Positions 50,859 to 62,879 of a stretch of DNA of 64,000 nt are shown here, piece by piece (the stretch's first letter is position 1; each line of letters begins with the position of its first letter). The notes under the pieces are model-generated. The model was not told the DNA's origin and searched no databases. It worked only from the letters and a program-made list of their open reading frames with translations. Source of the DNA: Lingula anatina (taxonomy: Eukaryota; Animalia; Brachiopoda); NCBI GenBank assembly GCA_051362555.1, contig CM120643.1, positions 7,688,001 to 7,752,000 on the forward strand, written 5' to 3'. A program made the translations under genes and the position numbers.

Positions 50859-53793
50859 CAAGGCAGCAAAGCTGTCAAATGTACAGACAAAAAACAGGAA
50901 AAAAAAGATGCAAAATAGGTCATTTTGTCAATTTTGATGCAATAATATATGCTTATAATAGCACAGTCAGTCAACACTGATTTTTAATCATGCACAACAG
51001 GTAACATGGTCAATAACAGGAGCAGATCCAAAGATATTTTCTGACAGTATTCCAAAGTATCTTTGTTGATCCATCCTCCATTTTGATGGTCTTCCAACAG
51101 AAACCCGTAAATATTAACTTTAAAATCTGACTGTCTTCCAGGAGACCCAGAAAATGGTCTCAATCCACCCCTTCAATAAGATTACAGTTTCAGGACCATG
51201 AGAGTTAAAATTCACATGATGAAAGTCCCAATATATGAAAAATGATGACAGTGCATAAAATAATATTACAGCGTGTTTAAAGACATAAATACCAATACAA
51301 CTGCTTATGTGGAAATACTGAAAATGTGCAGAGCCTCAGGTGGATGGGAGTTAAAAATCACATCTTAAAAATGCCAGTGTTGGAGAAAAAATTAAAAAGA
51401 AAACAACAAAAATATAATTCCAATGAAGCTGCTATTCACTGCTTCCTTATTATGGACACTATGTTATCTAGCAGAGAGCTTAACCTTTGGGAGTTTACAG
51501 GGAAATATCAACAAGTGTGCTTTATGAAATTTCATTTAATGGCCGCTTAATTAGGCAAATGAGTTTATAGCCTAGTGAATACCCAAGGGGAATTTACAGA
51601 CTGACCACACAAATTTGTCTATCAAAGGTCTTCAGGCCCATAAGTCACACCTTAAGAAAAGCAGAAAACAATAATGTACAAAATAAAACAGGAGACTGCC
51701 AATTCTGATGCAATAATACATTATGTTTAACTGCACAGTCAAAATCAAATTTTAATTATGCACAACGTACAGGTAACACTGATGAAATTAAAAGCAGGCT
51801 CCAGGCCCATCAGAGTTCAAGTTTACAATTAGAAAGTGCCAGAGTGAGAAAAATGAAAATTTCACAAAAAAGTCATAAATTTAATAAAAATAATAATCCA
51901 ATAGAGCTGGTTCTCTAATATGAGCTGTATGTCAATCCTAAGAATCATTTTTGTAAGAATAGTTAAAAAATAGAAAGTAACACTTTACTTTACATAATAT
52001 TAATGGTGGCAGAGCACAAAGTAGGTTTTTTGTCAATTTTGATGCAACATTACATAATGATTAACTAATTAAATACCACCAATTTTAAAATATCTACTAT
52101 TAAAAACAAGGACATTAAGAAAATTTGATTACCACTGGGCTTCATGCCCAAGGGAGCTCTAAGTCCCACATTGAAAATTGCAACATGTGAAAGATAAAAA
52201 TTTTCACAAAAAACCTGTATTACTTCCAAACAATTAACTAATGAGACAATTTTTCAACTGAAGCTGTATTTCAGTCCTATGTTTCTTTCCTGTAAGTGTG
52301 AGAAGAGCGAGTGACATGGTTTTCCTTTCACCGCCACTACAGAGGCAGTGCCCAGAATAGGGTTTTGTTCAATTTTGATGCAATATTACACAATGCTTAA
52401 CAGCATAATAACCATATTTTTTTTTATAATAAAATAAAAGTATCATAGATATTCAGAAAATGTGACTAGCCTATAGAGTTCAGAGTCATACTTTGAAAAT
52501 CCCAAAATGTAAACAAGAGAAAACTGTATTGAAAGAGTTTATTTCCATTTTCAACACCTTTTTTACACAAAGCAAAATAATCAATTTACTGTCATTTTTA
52601 TATGATCAATCAAAAATATGTTGTCAAAGCAAAAATATCAATAGAACAATTATAAATGTCCAACTTGCTCCATTCTGAAATTCTGAACATAGTGAATGGT
52701 TGAATCTGACAAACTGTAAAGATATTTTTTTTTCCATTTTTGACACTTTATTACACAATACACGATAACAGGTTTACTATCATTTTTACAAAATCAACTA
52801 ACAATGTTGTAAAGATGCAGGAAATGCCAAACAAACACTTTTACGTATCTTATTAGTTAAATAATGAGACTGTTAACATGCCTAAGAATTGAATGTGAGG
52901 AAATGTGAAAAAACAGCATAACTTCTAAAATAATGGACCGATTATGCTGATTTTCCAACTCAACCTTCCTTTTAGTAAGATTGGCCACTCATAAGAGTAT
53001 TATGACAATTGGCCTATCTGTTTTTCACTTATCGTGTTATCAGTGTTGCATATATGCTGAAAAAAGTGAAAAAATAGCCTAAATTCAGTAAAAATGACCC
53101 AATCATGCTGATTTTCAAACTTGACCTGCGTATTATAAATATTCATCAGTTCGGTAAGTTTCAAGCCAAAAGGTAAAATGGTTTTCCATTTATGGTGTTA
53201 TCGGTGCTGTATATATGCTGAAAAAAGAGAAAAAATAGCCTAAATTTACTAAAAATTACCCAATCACACTGATTTTCGAACTTGACCTGCGTATTATGAA
53301 TATTCATCAGTTCTGTAAGTTTCAAGCCAAAAGGTAAAACGGTTTTCCACTTATCGTGTTATCGGTGCTGCATATATGCTGAAAAAAGTGAAAAAAACAG
53401 CATAAATTCCCTATAAGTGACCCGATCATGCTGATTTTCGAACTTGACCTGCTTATTATAAATATTCATCAGTTCTGTAAGTTTCAAGCCAAAAGGTAAA
53501 ACGGTTTTCCACTTATCGTGTTATCGGTGCTGCATATATGCTGAAAAAAGTGAAAAAACAGCATAAATTCCCTATAAGTGACCCGATCATGCTGATTTTT
53601 GAACTTGACCTGCGTATTATGAATATTCATCAGTTCTGTAAGTTTCAAGCCAAAAGAAAAAACAGTTTTCCACTTATCGTGTTATCGGTAAAAGTGCACG
53701 GCGACGACGGCGACGACGGCAACGACGGCGACGGCGACGACAGACGCAGATGATGGCTATATGTACAGACACATCTGTGTCTGTACATAAAAA
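50859..53793 (-). mobile_element. Nested, more diverged HINE family A copy with ~161-bp internal tandem repeats (52910-53690)
   Basis: Has the same two termini. The flanks rejoin as gaaatgtgaa|acagcataac, as at the uninterrupted site 39363-39385. Confidence 0.85.
51017..51172. mobile_element. hAT-like MITE, diverged copy of 24489-24657
   Basis: caggagcagatcca...caatccacccct, with tcaataa repeated on both flanks. Confidence 0.7.
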
Positions 53794-54215
53794 CAGCATA
53801 ACTTATAAAATAATGGCCTGATTATGCTGATTTTCGAACTTGACCTGCGTTTTAGTAAGATTAATTACTCCTGGGGTTTTTTTATGACAACAGGTCTATC
53901 GGTTTTCCTTGAAATGTGTTAAGTGTTGCACATATGCTGAAAAGTGAAAAAAACAGCATAACTACTAAAATAGTGGCCCGATCATGCTGATTTTCGAACT
54001 TGATCTGCGTTTTAGTAAGATTGATTACTCCTGTGAGTTTCATGACAACAGGCCTATTGGTTTTCCTTGAAATGTGTTAACAGTGTTGTATATATATGCT
54101 AAAAAGTGAAAAAACAGCATAAATTCTACAATAATGGCCCGATCATGCTGATTTTCAAACTTGACCTGCGTTTTATGAATATTAGTCAGCTCTGTAAATA
54201 TTAAGCCAAAAAGTA

Positions 54216-56552
54216 CCCAGCGGGCAAATCAATATTGAATCAATGTTGAATCAACGTTGATGGTCAATGTTGAAACTATGTTGATATCACGTTGACTATG
54301 AAAGTTGACTCAACGTTGAACCATCAAGGTTGAATCAACCTTGAGGTCTCAATGTTGAATCAACGTTGACAGTCAACGTTGAAACTATGTTGATATGACG
54401 TTGACTATGAAAGTTGAATCAACGTTGAACCATCAAGGTTGAATCAACCTTGAGGTATCAATGTTGAATCAACGTTGACGGTCAACGTTGAAACTATGTT
54501 GATTTGACGTTGACTATGAAAGTTGACTCAACGTTGAACCATCAAGGTTGAATCAACCTTGAGGTATCAATGTTGAATCAACGTTGACAGTCAACATTGA
54601 AACTATGTTGATATGACGTTGACTATGAAAGTTGACTCAAAGTTGAACCATCAAGGTTGAATCAACCTTGAGGTCTAAATGTTGAATCAACGTTGACAGT
54701 CAACATTGAAACTATGTTGATATGACGTTGACTATGAAAGTTGACTCAACGTTGAACCATCAAGGTTGAATCAACCTTGAACCATCAAGGTTGAAACAAC
54801 CTTGAGGTATCAATGTTGAATCAACATTGATACCTCAATGTTGAAATAAAGTTGAATTTGAAAATTGAATTAACGTTGATATATCAATTAGGCTATCAGG
54901 ATATTTGATTGAAATTTGCCCGATGGCTGAAGGTGTTCTCCAAGATATCAAGCATTTCTTGAAATAAAAAGACTCAGATCTGAAAAGGGGGGGAAATTAG
55001 GAAAATTACCTACAAAAAAAGGTAATTTCGGAAGAAAGGGGGGGGTCCAGACCCCGGGACTGGCCCCTGTATCCACCTATGGGTCGTCAGATTATTTTTA
55101 AACTTTCCAGTTTGATGCTCAGTGTTACGGACCAAAACAGCCCGAACATAAAAAAAAAACAAAAACAACAACTTACTTAACTATGAATATAATATATTAC
55201 AAACAATGAACATAAACTACATAAACTAACTACATGTAATACTATCATGTTGCATAAACTTTAACATTTGTCAAATACAGTTAAATTCTAAGAGATTCGT
55301 AGACAGTTAAGTTTTGAAGACGCAATGTCACAGTTTTACGAGTCCTTTTCTGTTAAACGTTCCTCCTGATAGTGTGGGGTTTTGAAGACGCAATGTCACC
55401 GTTTTCCATGTCCTTATCTGTTGAACGATCCTCCTGATAGTGTGGTGTTTTGAAGACGCAATGTCACCGTTTTCCATGACCTTATCTGTTGAACGATCCT
55501 CCTGATAGTGTGGCCTCACAAAGTACTGTTAATAAAGTACAGTTTTTGTACTGTAAAAGTGTTACACACTGTCCACACTCACGTGTTGCATCAGTTCATG
55601 TTATCCGGAGTCTCGCACTTAATAACAGTCCCGCACTTCATTTACATTATACAAGTATGCAGGCACATACAGTAATTACTCATAAAAATTAAACAACAAA
55701 TTAGCTTTACTAAAATAATTATAACGTCACATCAGGTAGATAAGATAATTTTAAGAATACAAAAACAAAGGGTCACCAGTCTAATTTTTTTCTCACAGCT
55801 AACTTAAATTTCCAGAAAAACAGGCATTTTTGGCTTTTTCAAGCTTTTTCTTCAACCTTGAGTAAAATTTTGTCAATTTGCCATAAAGTAAGGCTGGTGA
55901 CCCTATGTTTTTTTTCTTTTTCTTAAAGATAAGCTGTGGAAAGTTTAAAAAAAAAAAAAAACTGACGACCGCTTTTTTCACAAAATTAATTTTAATGAAA
56001 AAGGGGTAAAACAAGCGTTTTATGAGGGGTAATTACCCCTACGCATACCTCTCTAGTGAGATAATCATTTAAAACTATTATCAAGGTTATGATTAAGGTT
56101 ATAAAGTTAAGGTTGGCCCAATGTTGAGATCCAGTTGATATGTCAACATTGACAAAGGGTTTACAAACACAGGTTGATTCAATGTTGAAATCCTGTTGAT
56201 CTATCAACATTGAAAACTGATTGACAAAGAAAGGTAAAATCAATGTTGAGACCCTGTTGATCTATCAACATTGACAATTGGTTGACAAGAAAAGGTTGAT
56301 TCAATGTTGAAATTCTGTTGATCTATCAACATTGAAAATTGATTGACAAAGAAAGGTTAAATCAATGTTGAGACCCTGTTGATAAATCAACAGGGTCTCA
56401 ATGTTGAGACCCTGTTGATTTATCAACATTGACAATTGGTTGACAAGAAAAGGTTGATTCAATGTTGAGATCTTGTTGATCTATCAATATTGATGGATCA
56501 ACATCATCTCAACCTATCCTCAATGTTGAATCAACGTTGAGTGCCCGCTGGG
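54216..56552. mobile_element. Non-autonomous EnSpm/CACTA-type element, 2337 bp, TA TSD
   Basis: TIR cccagcgggca / tgcccgctggg. TA is duplicated relative to the empty site aagTAaaactg at ~39791. 109-bp subterminal tandem repeats (54242, 54351, 54460, 54569, 54678) are rich in tcaacgttga palindromes, with related repeats at the right end. Confidence 0.88.
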
Positions 56553-56685
56553 TAAAACTGTCTTCCACTTATGGTGTTAACGCTGAAAGTGCACGGCGAC
56601 GGCGACGGCGACATGATCGGCGACGGCGACGACAGACGCAGGTGATGGCAATATGTACAGACACATCTCTGTCTGTACATAAAAA

Positions 56686-59600
56686 TCTGAAAATTACACT
56701 GAAAACAATGGCAATTTCCATGGCTTAAAATAGTTAAATGTTAATAATTTTGCAATGTGATTATAAAAATTAAATAACAAATTTGATGATTTGAGGTTGT
56801 TTGTATAAGAGGTTGCAAATTACCTATAACTGTTATCTGGAAAACAATATAGACCCTTACAAGACTTCTCCTAACTATCAATGCCAGATGCAGATTACTC
56901 CATACAATGGGTTTCTGGAATGGGTTGTTGCTATCACAGTATTTGACAATATCCTAAATCTTGCCACATTCCATGTGTTGTACACATGGATAAGATATAG
57001 TGCTGCTCTTGGTGCTGTCTTTCACTGCTTGCCTTTTCATTGTAAAGGTACTCTGGAAAAAGAACAATATAACTGAAAAAACTGAAAATTACATTGAAAA
57101 GACTGGCAAATGCAATGACTTAAAATAGTTAAATGATAATAATTTTGTCAAATCGTGTCCAATATTTGTGAAATTTGTACAAATGATGGTTAACAACATT
57201 AGAAATCTGTGATAAGATATCAGTGGTCTGTGTCTAATGAAAAGTGTCTTTTTAGGACAATATATTTGGGAAAACTGAAATTTACAATGAAAAGACAGGC
57301 AAATCTCAGGACTTAAAATAGTTAAACGTTAATAATTTTGTCAAATCTTGTCCAATTTTTCTGAAATTTGTGCAAAAGATGCTTAACAAAAATAAAAATC
57401 TGTGATTAGATGATCTGTTGACTGCATCTAATGAAAAGTGTTTTTTGGGACAAGGTATTTGGGAAAACTGAAATTTACATTGAAAAGACTGGATAATGTC
57501 AGGACATAAAATAGTTAAACGTTAATAATTTTTTCAAATCTTGTCCAATTTTTCTGAAATTTGTGCAAAAGATGCTTAACAACAATAAAAATCTGTGATA
57601 AGATGATCAGTTGTCTGTGTCTAATGAAAAGTGTCTTTTTAGGACAATATATTTGGGAAAACTGAAATTTACAATGAAAGGACAGGCATATCCCAGGACT
57701 TAAAATAGTTAAATGTTAATAATTTTGCAATGTGATTATAAAATAAAATGGTAAATGTGATGACTTGAGGTTGTTTGTGTAAGAGGTTGCAAATTACCTA
57801 TAACTGTTATCTGGAAAACAATATATACCCATACAAGACTTCTCCTTACTATCAATGCCAGATGCAGATTACTCCTTACAATGGGTTTCTGGAATGAGTT
57901 GTTATCACAGTATTTGACAACGTCCTAAATCTTGCCACATATCATGTATTGTACACATGGATAAGACATAGTGCTGCTCTTGGTGCTGTCTTTCACTGCC
58001 TGCTTCTTCATGGTAAGGGTACTCTGGAAAAAGAACAATATAACTGAAAAAACTGAAAATTACATTGAAAAGACTGGCAAATGCAATGACTTAAAATAGT
58101 TAAACGATAATAATTTTGTCAAATGTGTCCAATATTTGTGAAATTTGTACAAATGATGGTTAACAACATTAGAAATCTGTGATAAGATGATCAGTTGTCT
58201 GTGTTTAATGAAAAGTGTCTTTTTAGGACAATATATTTGGGAAAACTGAAATTTGAAATGAAAAGACAGGCAAATCTCAGGACTTAAAATAGTTAAACGT
58301 TAATAATTTTGTCAAATCTTGTCCAATGTTTCTGAAATTTGTGCAAAAGATGCTTAACAAAAATAAAAATCTGTGATTAGATGATCTGTTGACTGCATCT
58401 AATGAAAAGTGTTTTTTGGGACAAGGTATTTGGGAAAACTGAAATTTACATTGAAAAGACTGGCAAATCTCAGGACATAAAATAGTTAAACATTAATAAT
58501 TTTGTCAAAACTTGTCCAATGTTTCTGAAATTTGTACAAATGATGCTTAACAGTAATTAAAATCTGTGATAAGATGATCAGTTGACTGTAACTAATGAAA
58601 AGTGTTTTTTTGGGACAACGTATTTGGGAAAACTGAAATTTACATTGAAAAGACTGGCAAATTCCAGGACTTAAAATAGTTAAACATTAATAATTTTGTC
58701 AAATCTCGTCCAGTGTTTCTGAAATTTATACAAATGATGCTTAACAACAATAAAAATCTGTGATTAGATGATCTGTTGACTGTATCTAATGAAAAGTGTT
58801 TTTTAGGACAACATATTTGGGAAAACTGAAATTTACATTAAAAAGACAGGCAAATCCCAGGACTTAAAATAGTTAAACGTTAATAATTTTGTCAAATCTT
58901 GTCCAGTGTTTCTGAAATTTTTACAAATGATGCTTAACAACAATAAAAATCTGTGATAAGCTGATCAAGCATCTGTGTCTCTTTTAAGTGTCAAGTATAT
59001 TGGAAATTGATAATCAGAATAGTGAGAATTATCCAAAAGAAATATTTCAGTATTGCAATGTATTATTTACTTTTAAAGAAAACAGCAAATGTGATGATTT
59101 GAGTTTGTTTGTGTAAGAGGTTGCAAATCACCTATAACTGTTAACTGGAAAACAATATATACCCATACAAGACTTCTCCTTACTATCAATGCCAAATGCA
59201 GATTACTCCTTACAATGGGTTTCTGGAATGGGTTGTTGTTATCACAATATTTGACAATGTCCTTAATCTTGCCACATATCTTGTATTGTACACATGGATA
59301 AGACATAGTGCTGCTCTTGTTTCTGTCTTTCACTGCCAGCTTTTTCATGGTAAGGGTACTCTGAAAAAAGAACAATGTAACTGAAAAAACTAAAAGTCAC
59401 ATTGAAAAGACTGGCAAATCCCATGACTTTAAAGAGTTAAAAGTTTATAATTTTGTCAAATCTTGTCCAATATTTCTGAAATTTTTACAAATTATGCTTC
59501 ACAGCAATAAAAATCTGTGATAAGCTGATCTGTTGACTGTATCTAATGAAAAGTGTTTTTTGGGACAACGTATTTGGGAGTACTGAAAATTACACTGAAA

Positions 59601-60155
59601 ACGCTAGCAAATTCCATGGCTTATTATAGTTAAATGTTAATAATTTTGTCAAATATAGTCCAATATTTCTGAAATTTGTACAACTGATGCTTAACAACAA
59701 TAAAAATCTGTGATAAGCCGATCAAATGACTGTGTCTAATGAAAAGTATTTTCTTCAGATGATATATTTGAGAAAACTGGAAATTACACTGAAAACACTG
59801 GCAAATCCCATGGTTTATTATAGTTAAATGTTAATAATTTTGTCAAATCTAGTCCAATGTTTCTGAAGTTTGTACAACTGATGCTTAACAACAATGGAAA
59901 TCTGTGATAAGCTGATCAGTTGTCTGTGTCTTTTTTTAAGTGTCAAGTTTATTGGAAATTGATAATCAGAAAAGAGAGAATTAACCAATTTGAAAAGAAA
60001 CATTTCAATATGGCAATGTATTATTTACTCTCAAAGAAAACAGCAAGTGTAATGATTTGAGTTTGTTTGTGTAGGAGGTTGCAAATTACCTATAACTGTC
60101 ATCTGGAAAACAATATATACCCATACAAGACTTCTTCTTGCTATCAATGGCAAAT
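56686..60155. repeat. ~193-bp satellite plus cassette array (right part)
   Basis: Same unit as 45025-49213. Cassettes lie at ~56780, 57755 and 59085, with the partial source copy at ~60045. Confidence 0.92.
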
Positions 60156-60991
60156 GTGATCCATGACAACCAACCTGCTGAGAGTGAATGGCACCCTATG
60201 TGGACAAGTTGGGAATGCTGGAATTGATAACAGGTGACTACATACAACTTTTTCAATAGCAGTATATGAATCAGCTTTGCAACAGTTTTAGAAATGGACC
60301 AATATCTGTACTTTAAAGCTGGAACATAATTTTATATCATGTTTTCAAACAAAGAAGTTATTTTCTGGTCAAATGCACCCATTACTCGTCTCTAAATTCC
60401 CCCCGAGTTTACCAAATTGACAAGCAATCTTTACAGCTTCAGCAAGGTCGTAACCCACTACCTGACAACCCATTTCTTTGATATCCATCTTCATTCTAAG
60501 CAATACTTACTATACCCTTCCTCATTACTGTCATTGCTACAGTCATTGCTGTGGTAACAACTCCAAGTTAAGTTGATACAGCAACAATATTACCACATAC
60601 AAACATATATGGCTGACATGTGTGATCCACAGGAAGACAATAAAAAATACATCTTTAAAACAATCTACTTTATTTTCAAGTGTCTTAAAACTGTTCCTTC
60701 ACTTTCTTTGACAAAGCATTAAAATACCTGGGTAATTTACATTAAAATTCTTACATCACTAGCAGCACAAATCCACCTAAATATCAGAGATTTCATTGAA
60801 CAAGATGAAAAACTTGCTGAAAGGCTGTGATTAAGCAGCATTACAGATTCAAAAATTCACTGAAATAAAGTGAAATATGTAAAGATCCAGAAGGCAATGA
60901 GATCTACTTATGAAGCTTTATGAAACTCATGTTGTTATCTGACCATCTTGAAAATAAGTCTGCGGTCATTGCGTTTTATTATTTTTATTTT

Positions 60992-61900
60992 AGTATAGTC
61001 CTATGCCTCCTAGCACAGTGTAGTAGTCTGGAGTCTTTGTTTTCCATTGTGGCAGTATAGTCCTGTGCCTCCTAGAACAGTTTAGTAGTCTGGAGTCATT
61101 GTGTTCCATTGTGGCAGTATAGTCCTGTGCCTCCTAGAACAGTGTAGTAGTCTGGAGTCATTGTGTTCCATTGTGGCAGTATAGTCCTGTGCCTCCTAGA
61201 ACAGTTTAGTAGTCTGGAGTCATTGTGTTCCATTGTGGCAGTATAGTCCTGTGTCTACTAGAACAGTGTAGTAGTCTGGAGTCATTGTGTTCCATTGTGG
61301 CAGTATAGTCCTGTGCCTCCTAGTACAGTGTAGTAGTCTGGAGTCATTGTGTTCCATTGTGGCAGTATAGTCCTGTGCCTCCTAGTACAGTGTAGTAGTC
61401 TGGAGTCATTGTGTTCCATTGTGGCAGTATAGTCCTGTGCCTCCTAGTACAGTGTAGTAGTCTGGAGTCATTGTGTTCCATTGTGGCAGTATAGTCCTAT
61501 GCCTCCTAACACAGTGTAGTAGTCTGGAGTCATTGTGTTCCATTGTGGCAGTATAGTCCTGTGCCTCCTAGAACAGTTTAGTAGTCTGGAGTCTTTGTTT
61601 TCCATTGTGGCAGTATAGTCCTGTGCCTCCTAGAACAGTGTAGTAGTCTGGAGTCATTGTGTTCCATTGTGGCAGTATAGTCCTGTGCCTCCTAGAACAG
61701 TTTAGTAGTCTGGAGTCATTGTGTTCCATTGTGGCAGTATAGTCCTGTGTCTACTAGAACAGTGTAGTAGTCTGGAGTCATTGTGTTCCATTGTGGCAGT
61801 ATAGTCCTGTGCCTCCTAGTACAGTGTAGTAGTCTGGAGTCATTTTGTTCCATTGTGGCAGTATAGTCCTGTGCCTCCAAGTACAGTGTAGTGTGGAGTC
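60992..61900. repeat. Minisatellite, 62-bp unit, ~14.5 copies
   Basis: Unit agtatagtcctgtgcctcctagaacagtgtagtagtctggagtcattgtgttccattgtggc, head to tail with no spacers. Confidence 0.97.
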
Positions 61901-62879
61901 AGATGATGGACTGGAAAAGACTAAAAAAATCAACAATCAGGCTTTTCCTCAAGATCAAAAATATTAGAGTACATAATGAAAAATTTAGTAGGTTTATTAC
62001 ATCAAATAAACTGCAAAGAAATATATTAAAAAATAAACTTTCCAAATAAAGTATTGTTGTAAGTCAAGGCAGAAGCATACACTGTACCAGTACTGAAAAT
62101 AAAGAGGTGGGTTTACAGTGCTTTCTGAAACTCAGGATGGTAGTGCTAGTTCACGTAAGTGGACACTCCATGGGGGGTGTGTGTTACTCATAGTTCAGTT
62201 CATATATTACCATTTCGACAGATGACTCAAAAGAAACAAGAAAAAGGCCCACTTAAAAATTATATAAGAAGGAATAACGTCAGTTCTTCATTTTATTGCC
62301 TCACCTTCATAAGGCATTGGGTAATTGCAGATGAAAAGGGAATGGCAAAACTGAAGTAGATGACTGCGTGCAATCTTGCTAGATCTCCAAGGGCGCTTTT
62401 AATCTACAGCGTCAACATTCTGAAGCATTTTGTAAAATCTTCACCAGTACATTGCATCGTGATGTGAACAGTGAACAACTGACACAGTCGATAACATATG
62501 TGTCCGTCACTTTAGATGTCTCATCCTGAATTCACCGATTAAGTTTGTCAATAGAATCTAAAACAAAACCAACTAAGAAAAGTGTCCTGATGTATGGTGA
62601 AACTCAGTGTGCAGAACGTTTGATGAAAATTCCGACTTTTCAGCGTCACCCTTTGCCTAGTCTACGCCATATAAAAATTGTTTAGTATAGATGGCGCTAT
62701 GCAAGAGGTGAGACTTAGGATTTGTAAAGGACTGCGGCCAGTATCAGCAACAGGTTCACCGCCTGCTTTCTAAAAAACTCGTGCGAGGAACCGCAATAGA
62801 TATGACCAGGGTCCAGGCACTGTGATATAGACTTGCCCTTCAAGAAATCGACGGAAAATAGCTCTTTTTCAATTTTGAA

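Larger units (their letters stand above)
49214..56685 (-). mobile_element. HINE family A copy inserted into the satellite, itself carrying nested insertions
   Basis: Starts acaaggcagcaaagctgtcaaatgtacagac and ends with the hairpin at 56653-56680. The flanks rejoin the satellite unit (tatctttgaa|aaa.ctgaaaattacactg; compare 45366-45395). Confidence 0.85.
40615..60629 (-). pseudogene. LRP2: LRP2/megalin-like LDL-receptor family gene, disabled and internally deleted
   Basis: Exons in receptor order: LDLa 60511-60629 (HTCQPYMFVCGN..CINLTWSCYHSNDCSNDSNEEG); degenerate LDLa 60090-60237; cbEGF 44256-44377 (VDECAEVVSN*CEHDCVNT); cbEGF 43814-43945 ([37 protein letters not shown]); propeller start 43204-43452 ([20 protein letters not shown]...DFD...AVDWMGR); EGF 41832-41923 ([22 protein letters not shown]); TM 41570-41658; tail 41207-41350 and 40615-40891 (PTNFSTPVY). 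Several stops and frameshifts. The symbol is given by similarity only. Confidence 0.85.

Noticed and set aside
45495-59384. Family of small + strand membrane proteins (MQITPYNGFLEWVV... ORFs)
   Set aside because: They are the antisense reading of the repeated exon cassette. Starts, frames and stops vary between copies, and the splice signals are on the minus strand.
60992-61900. CRISPR array
   Set aside because: Head-to-tail identical units with no unique spacers and no cas genes, in a eukaryotic context. The same applies to 10605-11010 and 42510-43222.
62085-62600. L2/CR1 LINE fragments on the minus strand
   Set aside because: Only very short peptide hints (SFRKHCK), too weak to call.
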